IMG/VR virus record: IMGVR_UViG_3300028044_000972
Span: 1-50,293 of that record
From: a virus
Lineage: Duplodnaviria; Caudoviricetes
Direction: 5' to 3' (one strand)
Length of the DNA stretch: 50,293 bases
In this document: in pieces, positions 1 through 9,298 of the stretch
Numbering within the stretch: position 1 is the stretch's first letter
Layout: each line of letters begins with the position of its first letter
Translations under genes and position numbers: made by a program
Notes under the pieces: model-generated
Told to the model about the DNA's origin: nothing
The model's database searches: none
The model's input: the letters and a program-made list of their open reading frames with translations, nothing else

Positions 1-3000
1 CTCCAACCGCTTCTATTTGTGCAAAAGATTGCGTTGTTACACCTTTTTTGCCCATTGCCTTTGATGCATACAAAAGTTCCAAATATGCAGTTCTTCCGCT
101 TCCTTTTTTAAAAGATTGGCTCCATTGAATAAACGGATAAGTTTCGGCGTTTTGCAAAGCAAAACCGCCATTTTTAGTTTCAAAAATATCCATGTAGTCC
201 GAAGAATCTCGGCCGCCATAATTTTTTGATTTGTTTTCTTTCCACAAAGACTTCGGATCTTTCGACACTCTTGGGTCAGGTTTTGCTAAATCGTCCACGC
301 CGCCGAGGTAGCCTTGGTTCTCCTCGTACTCGCGGAGCAGGCGGTCGGTGTCGAGGGTGCGCACGGGGGCCACCTCCGGCATCGCCTGCCCGCGGGTGCG
401 GCCTGTTGCTGCACCTTGCGGAGGTCTCGCCGCCGACACAAAGATGTCGTCAGGATTGTCCACCAGCCACAGCTTCTTGCCGTCAATGTCCATCGTCTTC
501 GGGTTGCGCAGATACGCCTCGACGACCACCGGGTTGGCTGGCTCGTTGACCTGCTTGGCGGCGTCACGCAGGCGAGCGGCGAGATCCTTGGGGGTGCGCT
601 TGGCGAGGTCATTGAAGTAGCTGGCCAGTTCGTCCATGTCGTCCACATAGCGCACGTTGAACTCTGGCAGTTCGCTGACATCAGCAAACTCGCGCAGCTT
701 TAGGCCAGCCTCCATGCGGGCGCCAAGGTCGCGCATCACGTCATTGGCGCTGTCCACGGCAGCCTGCGCCGAGTCGATGGGCGCGGCAGCATAGCCGTCT
801 GCGGAGGCGACATCGTCACTGAAAGAAAAGCCGCCGCGGGAAATGCCCGAGCTGCGGGCGCGATACTTGGGGTCGAACTTGCGTCCCTTGAAGTCGGGCG
901 AGCCGTGGTAGACCGGGCCGACCAGCCCTCTGCGGCGCGCTTCGTCTGGCGTGATGGTGATGTCCGGCATAGCCTGTCCACGCACCTCCGGCATCGCCAT
1001 GCCAGCCTGCGGGAGGGCGCTGGGCATGCGGTTGTTGTTGATTTTGTCGTAGTCGAAGAAGTAGCCGGTGCGGCCGGTCGGCTTGGCATCGTTGAGCCGG
1101 TCCACGCGCCAAGCACGGATGCTGCCGCGCGGGTTGAGGTCCGAGTACAGCGGGTTGGCTGTGCGCTGCACTGCGGTGCCGGTGCCGATGAGGCCGTTGA
1201 GCATGTCCCGCTTCTGCTGTCCGATGGTCATCTCGCCGGGCCTGCCGTTGCGGTGGTTGGCGAGGTAGGTCTTGAGGTCGGCCTCCACCTGCCGCATGTC
1301 GTTGTTGAAGAGCCCGAGGTCGCCCTTGTTGATCGCCTTCATGGCGGACGCGCGGAAGGCGTTGAGGTCAAGCGAGGCGGCGAGCAGGTGGTTGGCCTTG
1401 GTCACCTGCCAGCCAAACGGCACGGTCTCGCGCTGGATGGCGCGCACGTTGCCCAGGTTGGTTACGCGGTAGCGTCCCGAGGCTCCGGTGCCGATGGCGT
1501 TGTAGTCGATGTCCCAGCTGCCGCCCTCGGCGCGGCTTTGCTCCATGGAGCGGGCAAACTCGCGGACGTGCTTGGGGAAGTTGGTGAAGAAGTCGAACTG
1601 CGGCGGCAGCACCGGCCCTCCGACCACCTCGCGGCCGTTGACCTTGCGTTTGCCGAACTCCTGCGAGTTGACCGGGACAAACTTGCGCGCATCGTAGAGC
1701 GTCTTGATCTGCGCGCTGCGGGCGTTCTCGGTGAGGTTGACCGTCTCCTGCGCCTTCATGGTGTAGGTGCCGTCTGGGCGTTGAACCATGAAGTCGTTCT
1801 CCAGGACTCCGTTGCCCTCATCGCGCAGCTTCACATGCGTGCTGCGGGCCAAGTCCTCCGGCTTGCTGCTGCGGGCCAGCTCCACGCCGCGCAGCTCCTT
1901 AGCCCCGGCTTCCTCGAGGCCGGCGAGGTACTGGTCGTAACTACGCACGTACTCACGCACCCGCTTCTGCATGATGCGGTCTTGGAAAAGAGGATTGTCG
2001 CGGAAAAGCACCGAGGGGCTGTCCATTAGCTTGCCGGTGCCCGGGTCAAGGCGAGCGCCCATGACCTCCAGAACGCGCCCGCCGGCCGACAGCATGGACT
2101 CGGCGAGGCGGGGGAACAGTGCGTCACGGCGGACGGCGCGGAAGTCGATGGCCGGAGCCTCGGAGGCGAACGTCTCGGCGATGATCTCGTCGCGTGCCCA
2201 GTCCAGCGCGTCCTCGCCCTTTTCGATGCTGCGCTGGGAAAGCTCTTCGACACGCTGGTCAATAAGACGCTGCCGCGCCTGCTCAGAAACCGGCTGACCC
2301 TTCAGCACGTCCGCCAGCGTTGTCTTGCCGCTGGATACGTCATTGATCTGCGCCTCAGTCAAGTTGACCGGGGCGTCCTCGATGGCGCCGACCAGGATGT
2401 CATTGTCCACCAACCGCGTTGCATATTCCCTGCCGCGCGCCGCCACACCGTCCGTTGCATACTGCTGGTTGACTAGGTTTCGCAGGTCATTGCGCGGCTG
2501 ACCACCGAGGATGTCGCTAGTTAGGATGGCGTGGCCGATTTCGTGCGGGACAATGCGCGTGGGCGACAAGTCCTGCGCCAGTCGTTGGTTTGCCGACACC
2601 GTGTCTCCCGCCTTGACCAGCAGCCGGATGCCCTGTGGCACATGCGTTGAGTCCACCGTGCCGTCCGCCGCGGTGATGTCGATTACGTTGCCGCCCTTGT
2701 CCGCGTCCGGCCTTACAGACACCTTGCCGTCCACCGGAGCCGTGTGCCCCATGTTGACAAAGATCCTCGCCGATCCGTTTGCGTCCTTTTCGATGTAAAG
2801 GCCCGCCGCCGTCTCGCCGCCCTCCGCGCGAAGGTCGGTGTTGGCCCGGTAGTCCTGGCCGCGGAGCGGGATAAATTTGACCTTGTTGCGCAGCACGCCC
2901 TGCATGGCCGCCAACCGCGAGAGGCTGTCGTGCGAAAGGGACATGAGGGACGCCGCGTCGCCATTGCTTTCAGTCACATCGACCAGCATTCTGGCGATGT

Positions 3001-4720
3001 CGGCGTCCACTTCAGCCGGCCGCCTACCAAAAGCCCTTGTCGCCGTCCCCGCCAGCGTGCCCAGCATCACGGCGCCGCCCACAATCTGACCGCCCTGCTC
3101 GGCATCGGGAGCCACCAAGGCAAATGGAGCCGCCGTAAGCCCGGAGACCACAGCGGAACTGACAGCGTCATCCGCTAGCCGAAACGCCTGCGTTGCGCCC
3201 AAGTTGTTTGCCGTGCGCGACAGCCGGCGCAGCATCTGCGGATTCTCGGGGTCTTGCGCTACGCGCCGCAGGGTGCTGTCAGCAGACGCTCCGCCGGGCC
3301 GCATATGGCGGGCGTAACGCTGGGGGAAGGCACCACTGCCGGCCATCGCTTGCGCGGTTTCAGCGCCCGCAGCACCCGCACCACCGGCGCCCATCTCGCG
3401 CACGATGGCGTAGCCACCGCCTGCCGTTGCGCCAGTGCGCCTCAAGATCGCCCCGCCAAATTTCATGATGGGCAGGATCGAAAGCACGCCCGTGGCCACG
3501 CCGCCCAATGCCGCCGGCGCGCCTTGGCCCTGAGTGCTCAAATAGCCCACGCCACCCGTCAGGGCAGTCGCGGCCGCCGTCTGCTGCATCGCGTTCATTC
3601 CCGTCAAATCCTGCACCCTGTCCGTGATCCGCATCGCGCTACGCTGTAATGCGTCGGCGCCCGCATTGGCCACCTCCCCAGTCATCTTGAGCGGCACGCC
3701 CGTGATCGACGACAGGCGGCGCAAGATACGCACCTTGGATAGTGCGCCCGCACCGACCGGCAGCAAGTTGTCAGGAGCCAAAGCCATCGACCCTCCGGTC
3801 GCCAAAGCGCGCTGCGGCTCCATCACCTCGCCGGTGATCGGATTAGTCGCCCGCGCCTCACTGCTCTCCTGCGTCACCGGCGTCTGGCCGATGCTAAAAT
3901 TTCCTACGCCCGCAATTTCACGGTCAAAGTTCTTGCCGCGGCGGTAGTCTTCAAACGCCTGTTTGACATCGGCGTTCTCCTCCAGCGGAGTCGGCGCCGT
4001 CTCGCCGCGTTCTTTAGCTGCGGCAAACTCGCGATTGATGATCTCGATGTCTCCGCGCAGGTCGCCCGACAGCTTTCCCTCGGCCTGCAGCTTTTGGGCG
4101 ATGACGCTGCGCACCTGCTCCTGACGGCGAACGTCTGTGGCGTGATCGCGCGCCGTGTTGCCGATCCAGTCAACGAGTTTGGCGAACTCAAGGCCCGCCT
4201 TGCGGCCCGCCTCTTTGAGTGTGACGAAGTTCTGCGTAGCAAAGCGGTCTGGCCGATAGAAGTTTGAAGTGGCGTTGTCCTTCAGCTCTTGGCCCATCTC
4301 TGCAGTCAAAGACACCAGCCCTTGGCCAGCCGCCACCGCCCCATCCACAAAGCTGCCCACCGTATTCTTCTCCTGCTGCCTGCGCGCATGCACTGGAGCA
4401 AACTCCTCGAAAGGCATCTCGTAGGATGGATCGTAATAAAGGTTGTCATCCTGCGCATTCAGCTCCGCATCTGTCAGCGGCTTGGGCGGCTCTCGGAAGT
4501 CTGCCTGCGGAGGCTGCGGCGCCGACTGTGGCATAGTCTTCTGGCCGAAAGGCGTGGCCTGCATGAGACTGTCTGACGTGGCGCGTTGATCCATCTGCGC
4601 GTCTGTCATCGGCACAGCGGCCGGCGACTCAAGCACTCTAGCGGCAGTTCCGTAAAGATTCTGCCGCGCCTCCATCTCGTCCATTGCGTCGAGCTGGGCG
4701 TCTGTTAAGCCTTTTGCCAT
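1..4720 (-). CDS. Giant polyvalent/ejection protein A (>1570 aa, runs off the left edge; absent from the ORF track). Contains an HExxH metallopeptidase-like motif, an ART-PolyVal-like ADP-ribosyltransferase domain and a C-terminal GNAT-like domain
   Basis: Translated by hand in sampled segments. ATG at 4720 (MAKGLTDAQLDAM); the same frame is open at 1-300. Motifs: RIVPHEIGHAIL (~2550) with DEIIAETF; VYHGSPDF..FDP..GFSFSDD..A.GYA...VVEAYLRNP (~500-915); FKKGSGRTAYLELLYASKAMG (~55-112). Confidence 0.8.
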   Translation of the reverse strand, partial: MAKGLTDAQLDAMDEMEARQNLYGTAARVLESPAAVPMTDAQMDQRATSDSLMQATPFGQKTMPQSAPQPPQADFREPPKPLTDAELNAQDDNLYYDPSYEMPFEEFAPVHARRQQEKNTVGSFVDGAVAAGQGLVSLTAEMGQELKDNATSNFYRPDRFATQNFVTLKEAGRKAGLEFAKLVDWIGNTARDHATDVRRQEQVRSVIAQKLQAEGKLSGDLRGDIEIINREFAAAKERGETAPTPLEENADVKQAFEDYRRGKNFDREIAGVGNFSIGQTPVTQESSEARATNPITGEVMEPQRALATGGSMALAPDNLLPVGAGALSKVRILRRLSSITGVPLKMTGEVANAGADALQRSAMRITDRVQDLTGMNAMQQTAAATALTGGVGYLSTQGQGAPAALGGVATGVLSILPIMKFGGAILRRTGATAGGGYAIVREMGAGGAGAAGAETAQAMAGSGAFPQRYARHMRPGGASADSTLRRVAQDPENPQMLRRLSRTANNLGATQAFRLADDAVSSAVVSGLTAAPFALVAPDAEQGGQIVGGAVMLGTLAGTATRAFGRRPAEVDADIARMLVDVTESNGDAASLMSLSHDSLSRLAAMQGVLRNKVKFIPLRGQDYRANTDLRAEGGETAAGLYIEKDANGSARIFVNMGHTAPVDGKVSVRPDADKGGNVIDITAADGTVDSTHVPQGIRLLVKAGDTVSANQRLAQDLSPTRIVPHEIGHAILTSDILGGQPRNDLRNLVNQQYATDGVAARGREYATRLVDNDILVGAIEDAPVNLTEAQINDVSSGKTTLADVLKGQPVSEQARQRLIDQRVEELSQRSIEKGEDALDWARDEIIAETFASEAPAIDFRAVRRDALFPRLAESMLSAGGRVLEVMGARLDPGTGKLMDSPSVLFRDNPLFQDRIMQKRVREYVRSYDQYLAGLEEAGAKELRGVELARSSKPEDLARSTHVKLRDEGNGVLENDFMVQRPDGTYTMKAQETVNLTENARSAQIKTLYDARKFVPVNSQEFGKRKVNGREVVGGPVLPPQFDFFTNFPKHVREFARSMEQSRAEGGSWDIDYNAIGTGASGRYRVTNLGNVRAIQRETVPFGWQVTKANHLLAASLDLNAFRASAMKAINKGDLGLFNNDMRQVEADLKTYLANHRNGRPGEMTIGQQKRDMLNGLIGTGTAVQRTANPLYSDLNPRGSIRAWRVDRLNDAKPTGRTGYFFDYDKINNNRMPSALPQAGMAMPEVRGQAMPDITITPDEARRRGLVGPVYHGSPDFKGRKFDPKYRARSSGISRGGFSFSDDVASADGYAAAPIDSAQAAVDSANDVMRDLGARMEAGLKLREFADVSELPEFNVRYVDDMDELASYFNDLAKRTPKDLAARLRDAAKQVNEPANPVVVEAYLRNPKTMDIDGKKLWLVDNPDDIFVSAARPPQGAATGRTRGQAMPEVAPVRTLDTDRLLREYEENQGYLGGVDDLAKPDPRVSKDPKSLWKENKSKNYGGRDSSDYMDIFETKNGGFALQNAETYPFIQWSQSFKKGSGRTAYLELLYASKAMGKKGVTTQSFAQIEAVG

Positions 4721-4723
4721 TAG

Positions 4724-5695
4724 TTATTGAACAGGGTTCCAGAGTCCGTCTTCACCCTTTTCGTAGGTGATCCCGCCAGAAACGCGCCGAGGCTTGGCCG
4801 GCGCGGACGGTTGTTGGACAATCTCGCCGCTCGTAGCGCGCTTCTCGGCCTTATCAAGGACCGACATAAAGTCATTCATCGATTTCTTGAAGCCCTCCTC
4901 ACTCTGCGACTGCTGGGCGCGGACGATGGCCTGCGTGGCTTTCTCGCCCTCAACCTGGGTGATCTGCCCGCCGCCCTTGAGACTTTCAAACGCCTGCAAG
5001 AACGCAGCGCCCTGCACCTGCTCGAGCATCGCCTTGAAGTCCGCTTCCTTGGTGCCAGCCACAGGGTTGCTCTTCAGCCCAAACAAATAAGATGCATTCT
5101 TTGCCCCAACCGAACCGGAGAAGCCTGGATGGCTCGTCAGGTCATTGATCGTGCCGCGCATGCTGCCGATGGTGTCGAGCGCGGACTGCTGCTTTTGTGC
5201 TAAGGCTTTCCTCTGCGCGTCAGTTGCCGCCGTGTCGCGCTGGACCGATGCAGCGACTGCGGGATCAGACTGCCGCAGCTTGATTTTCTGCTCAGTCTGC
5301 AGACGCGCATTGGTCTGACCCAAGATAAACTCGGCCGCTGACTGCGGGGTGAACTGCACGCCGCGCTTCATTGCCTTGAGCAACTCTTTCTGCTCAACAG
5401 GCAGAGCCTTAAAATCTTCTTTGGTCTGCACGTTTAGGGAATTGAAATCAAACGCCATGCCAGTGGACGGAATTTCCATGGCCGCAACATCGTTGGCAAC
5501 GTCCTTCGGAATAGGAGCGCCAGCATAAGGATCGGCCGACACGCCGTTCATCGCGTCCATGGCGTCCAGTGGAACTGTGTCAACAGCTGGAAGTGGCGTC
5601 ATTGGGTCGTCTTGCATAGGAGACGGTAGCGTCTCTTCGTAGATGGCCTGACCAGTCTGCTGGTCGTAGCCTAAAACTTTTTTGCGAGGGGGCAT
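4724..5695 (-). CDS. Internal virion / DNA-transfer (ejection) protein
   Basis: GAAFLQAFESLKGGGQITQVEGEKA motif resembles podovirus DNA-injection proteins; lies directly upstream of the giant protein; ATG at 5695 chosen. Confidence 0.6.
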   Translation of the reverse strand: MPPRKKVLGYDQQTGQAIYEETLPSPMQDDPMTPLPAVDTVPLDAMDAMNGVSADPYAGAPIPKDVANDVAAMEIPSTGMAFDFNSLNVQTKEDFKALPVEQKELLKAMKRGVQFTPQSAAEFILGQTNARLQTEQKIKLRQSDPAVAASVQRDTAATDAQRKALAQKQQSALDTIGSMRGTINDLTSHPGFSGSVGAKNASYLFGLKSNPVAGTKEADFKAMLEQVQGAAFLQAFESLKGGGQITQVEGEKATQAIVRAQQSQSEEGFKKSMNDFMSVLDKAEKRATSGEIVQQPSAPAKPRRVSGGITYEKGEDGLWNPVQ

Positions 5696-5703
5696 ATTAT
5701 TCG

Positions 5704-6186
5704 TCAATTATCGTCAATTACGCTGGCGTTTACTCCGGGAGGAAATCCCCTATAGGTGCCGCCGCCGGCCGCGACTTGGGCTGCGGCGTTGATCTGCGCG
5801 CGCTGCGCTGGCACTCCTGCTTGGATCTGCTGCCCACTCTGCTGCAAGCCCAACCTGTCCTGACCTAGCTGCAAGTTGATCAGCGACGGCAGAATCGGCA
5901 TGAACGCCTCACTGGCGCGGAACCAGTCATTGTCATTTTTAAGCGATTCCGTGCCGACAACTTGGGCCAGCTTGTCTGTCGTCATGTTCAGTGCCGGCGC
6001 CAGGACATTGAACGTATTCTTGAAGGCGCGGCCCTTGGCTTTCCGTTCTTCTGCCTCCATGTAGGAGCCGGCGATGCTTCCCATCGCGCTCGTCACGCCT
6101 GCCATTAGGTTTTCAGCGCCCTGCTGTTGCATGTTGCGGTCGCTTTCGATCATGCGACCATACCATCCCATTGGGTCTTGGCTCAT
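5704..6186 (-). CDS. Putative internal virion protein, 160 aa (positional counterpart of 45023..45553)
   Basis: Q/G/A-rich helical protein; KAKGRAFKN resembles EAKGTAYGD in the module B counterpart. Confidence 0.5.
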   Translation of the reverse strand: MSQDPMGWYGRMIESDRNMQQQGAENLMAGVTSAMGSIAGSYMEAEERKAKGRAFKNTFNVLAPALNMTTDKLAQVVGTESLKNDNDWFRASEAFMPILPSLINLQLGQDRLGLQQSGQQIQAGVPAQRAQINAAAQVAAGGGTYRGFPPGVNASVIDDN

Positions 6187-6485
6187 AATGTTATTTCTTT
6201 CTGTTGTGTGATTCCTGCCGCTTGTCGCGCCTCAAGGCACAGCGCTGATCCCGGCACAAACGCGCGGCAGGCATTCGGTCGGTTGTTGTAAATTGAGCAG
6301 CCCACATCGCAGCCGACCCCGCCGGTCAGTGCCACGCATCTGCTGTTGGTTGTCTTCATCAGTGGGTAGTCATCTCGCAGCATCCATTGCGGGATGCCAG
6401 CAGCGTCAGATCGGTCTCGTCGCAGGACAGGCCAGGACCACTTGTGAGAGCAGCAGGCGCCGCATCGTTGGCAGTCGTATTCCAT
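6183..6485 (-). CDS. YkgJ family cysteine-cluster (Fe-S/Zn) protein
   Basis: CQRCGACC...CVAL...CSIYNNRPNACR signature. Confidence 0.85.
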   Translation of the reverse strand: MEYDCQRCGACCSHKWSWPVLRRDRSDAAGIPQWMLRDDYPLMKTTNSRCVALTGGVGCDVGCSIYNNRPNACRAFVPGSALCLEARQAAGITQQKEITL

Positions 6486-7315
6486 ATTGGTTTGAAGCCC
6501 AGGTCGGGGAAGACCATGTCTTCATAGGGCGCGTGATGACTTACGTTGCTGACGGTAGCCGCCAACTTTGGACAATGAACGTGCCGCCCTTGGTGCCGGT
6601 CCACGCAGTTGAAGCAGATGGGGTAAAAGTCAGCGTTGAGCGATTTGTCGGGATTGTTGCCCCAGCTGCCTTCGCGTTTTACATACCGCGTCGGATCAGC
6701 CGCCACTCCTTCGGTCTCCAAATATTCAAACACGTCCTCATCAGACCAGTCTCTGATTGGGTAAAGGCTGGCCGGCATTCCGTCCACGCAGCGAATATCC
6801 ATTGCCAGCGGGATCTCGCCCTTGATGAGATCGGTGTCGCCGCCCTTGGTTCCGACAAACATTGCAGACCATGGAAAGTCAAACGTGCCGGTTGGCCGGC
6901 TGAGAAAGTCCTTGACGGCACAAAGGTATTTCCCGCTTTCTAGCTCAGACTCAGTGGGGCGCTCGGTGCCCAAGGTGAGGACCGTGGCGGCGCTTCCACA
7001 CTGGTAGTATTTCAGCATGTCAAAGCGGACTTCTCCCGTTTCAACATCCGGGCCGTCCGCTATGGCAACCCTGGAGGGCGCGTAGTCATAAACCTCCAAG
7101 CCCCACTGCTTGATAAGCTCGTCGCTGTATGCGTAGCGCTCGCGGAATTTTGGCTCGCGGTATTGTATGACCGGCAAATCAATACCTGCCTTAAATTTGA
7201 GAACGTGCAGAAGCGCTGTTGAATCTTTTCCGCCACTCCACAAAACGGCAGAGTTTGGCCACCGTGCATGCCAAGCGCGCATCTTTTCTGCCGTCTTTAA
7301 GACAAGGTTTTTCAT
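6359..7315 (-). CDS. PAPS-reductase-family (PP-loop) protein
   Basis: LWSGGKDS PP-loop, YPIRDWSDEDVFEY, C-terminal CxxC; its 3' end overlaps the YkgJ ORF. Confidence 0.85.
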   Translation of the reverse strand: MKNLVLKTAEKMRAWHARWPNSAVLWSGGKDSTALLHVLKFKAGIDLPVIQYREPKFRERYAYSDELIKQWGLEVYDYAPSRVAIADGPDVETGEVRFDMLKYYQCGSAATVLTLGTERPTESELESGKYLCAVKDFLSRPTGTFDFPWSAMFVGTKGGDTDLIKGEIPLAMDIRCVDGMPASLYPIRDWSDEDVFEYLETEGVAADPTRYVKREGSWGNNPDKSLNADFYPICFNCVDRHQGRHVHCPKLAATVSNVSHHAPYEDMVFPDLGFKPIWNTTANDAAPAALTSGPGLSCDETDLTLLASRNGCCEMTTH

Positions 7316-8094
7316 TAGGCGATAATCATGGCCCCGCCAATCGTCCCGGCTGCTGCAAGCCCGGCTCCTCCGATTGTTCCGCCGAGCATCATGTTCTGCC
7401 CTGCCGTCCCGGGGCTGCCACCAGAGTACATTGGGTTCATGCCCTGCGCCCCGCCCACCATAGACATGGAGTTCTGCGTAAGGTTGGCATACGGCGAACC
7501 CATGCCCATCGCCATGATGGCAGGGTTGGTGGACATGCCGAAGTTGTAAGCGTCCTGCCCAACGCCCATCCGCCGCATGCGCTCCTGCTCGGCGAGCTGG
7601 GCCGACTGGCCGAGGATGCCGAGGTCTTGCGCCCGGCGCTGCTGGACAAAACGGTCGCGGTTGAGTAGCTCGGCGCCGAGGCCAGCACTGCCGGTCGCCA
7701 TGCCGCGTGCTGCCATTCCGGCGCGGGCCTGCTGCGTGGCGTCCCGGGCGTCCTGCGCGGAGAGCATGCCGGCCCGCTCGCCGACTGCACCTTGGAGCTG
7801 CTCCTGCAGCCTAGTGTATTCCGGAGCGGCTGATTGGGCGGCGTCGAGCTGACCGAGCAGGCTGGTGCGGCGGCGCATCTCGTCGGGCAGCGCTGCCTCG
7901 TAGCTGCTGCGGAGCCGCTGGTCGCCGAGCAGACGGAGGCCAAAGTTGATGTTGCGGCGGCTTTCCTGCCTTGAGGCGTTGCCGGCGGCGCGCGCCATGG
8001 CTGGCAGTTCCTCACGCTGGATGGCAAGCTGCTGCCGCAGCAGGCTTGAGGACTGTTCTAAATCGAGCGTTGGTGCTGTTGGTGATGATCCCAT
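7315..8094 (-). CDS. Ejection/pilot protein A (259 aa, starts MGSSP)
   Basis: ATQQARAGMAARGMATG...AELLNRD is shared with 45576..46646; Gly-rich hydrophobic C-terminus. Confidence 0.65.
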   Translation of the reverse strand: MGSSPTAPTLDLEQSSSLLRQQLAIQREELPAMARAAGNASRQESRRNINFGLRLLGDQRLRSSYEAALPDEMRRRTSLLGQLDAAQSAAPEYTRLQEQLQGAVGERAGMLSAQDARDATQQARAGMAARGMATGSAGLGAELLNRDRFVQQRRAQDLGILGQSAQLAEQERMRRMGVGQDAYNFGMSTNPAIMAMGMGSPYANLTQNSMSMVGGAQGMNPMYSGGSPGTAGQNMMLGGTIGGAGLAAAGTIGGAMIIA

Positions 8095-8096
8095 AG

Positions 8097-8459
8097 TTAC
8101 TCCTTTTGTCGCTGTGTTCGTTTCAAAATGTCCACGCACCGGCGGGCGCGTATGCGGCCGTCGTTGCGGCGTTGCCACAACACGTATTCGTGCGGCTTGG
8201 CTGCCGAGCTAAGAAACCTTTCGTGCGCGTTGGTCCCGTCGCCGGCCGCTGCCAGCTGGACGTACCAGGCATTCGGCTCGCCCGGTGTAATGCTCCGCGC
8301 TGCCGCGTCCCAGTGGACCTCCTGGCCCATGACGAAGACATCGTTGAACGAGACGACAAAGCCGTCTGGCCGCGCAATGTTGGCTGCCAGGGCGAGCCCG
8401 AAGTTTTGTCCAGGGAAATACTGGTCATACCATTGGTGTGCTTTTTCCCATGGCGTCAT
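8097..8459 (-). CDS. Small protein, possibly GNAT/acyltransferase-like (MTPWEKA)
   Basis: Clear homologue of 46651..46995 (NAWYVQLAAA vs NCWFVRLAAA); position before the ejection genes matches podovirus acetyltransferase-like genes. Confidence 0.45.
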   Translation of the reverse strand: MTPWEKAHQWYDQYFPGQNFGLALAANIARPDGFVVSFNDVFVMGQEVHWDAAARSITPGEPNAWYVQLAAAGDGTNAHERFLSSAAKPHEYVLWQRRNDGRIRARRCVDILKRTQRQKE

Positions 8460-9292
8460 CGGATAAACATTGCCGTGACTAGCGGGCATGACGTGAGCTG
8501 TGATCCGCCGCCGGTAGCAGCTCTGATCACGCAAGCGTCTGCCGTCTTCACATCGGTGGACCTGGCCGTGACGATGCTGTCTTGGGCGGCTGAGCGGGCC
8601 GCAAGGCCAGAAACAGCATAGTCAGCGTCCGGGAGCGCTACTGCAAAGTTGACTGCAAATTCCGCGCTCGCCTCTGTGTCGTAGAGTGGAGACACGCAGG
8701 CGACGTTGCCAGAGGCGCGCACAGTCCTTCTGCGCACCTCTCCCTGGCCGGTTGTATCTGAAATTTTAACATCACCAACGGCATTAAGCCTTGTGCTTTC
8801 CGGCCCCACCGCGGTCACCGTGTAAGCCCTGCTTGTTGGGCGCTGCGGCCCGCCGGTTGTAAACTCAAGGTAGACCACATGGCCAACTCTAAGACTGTGC
8901 GCCGATGCCGTGGTCACAAGGACTATTGTGCCGCTGGAATTTGTCGTGTAGTCGAAATTCAGATTGTTTTCCGATGCACCATTGATGTTCACCCACGCCC
9001 TGACCCCGTAGATCGGCGCCGTGCCGGTCTGTGCACCGCTCAACTTGGCAGGAGTGACAGACGCATCGACCATGTTAGCCGTGGTCACCGTGATCGCCGC
9101 GGGCAGGGCGCCGGTTGCCAGCTTGGAGAAGGCGATTGCGGCGCCGGACGATATATCGTCGTTGACGATACTTTCCGCGGTGAGTGCGACAACTGGGGTT
9201 TGTGCGGCGTTAAGCGTGGCAGGTGTGACGGTCTCGCCGGTGACAAATCCGTTCGGTGCGTTGTGTCCTTTTGTGACGGTAATGGTGGCCAT
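8456..9292 (-). CDS. Tail fibre/appendage protein A
   Basis: N-terminus MATITVT..FVTGETVTPATLN is shared with 46998..47642; VTPAKL repeat; VRAWVN...RASGNV...VNFAVALPDADYAV C-terminal domain. Confidence 0.65.
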   Translation of the reverse strand: MATITVTKGHNAPNGFVTGETVTPATLNAAQTPVVALTAESIVNDDISSGAAIAFSKLATGALPAAITVTTANMVDASVTPAKLSGAQTGTAPIYGVRAWVNINGASENNLNFDYTTNSSGTIVLVTTASAHSLRVGHVVYLEFTTGGPQRPTSRAYTVTAVGPESTRLNAVGDVKISDTTGQGEVRRRTVRASGNVACVSPLYDTEASAEFAVNFAVALPDADYAVSGLAARSAAQDSIVTARSTDVKTADACVIRAATGGGSQLTSCPLVTAMFIR

Positions 9293-9298
9293 AATGTT

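Noticed and set aside
1-300. AT-rich left end as host chromosome or prophage boundary
   Set aside because: The giant minus-strand frame reads through it without a stop, so it is a low-GC domain of the same gene.
6359-7315. Dnd phosphorothioation or sulfate-assimilation pathway
   Set aside because: No other dnd/ssp/cys genes are present, and the gene sits inside the ejection operon.
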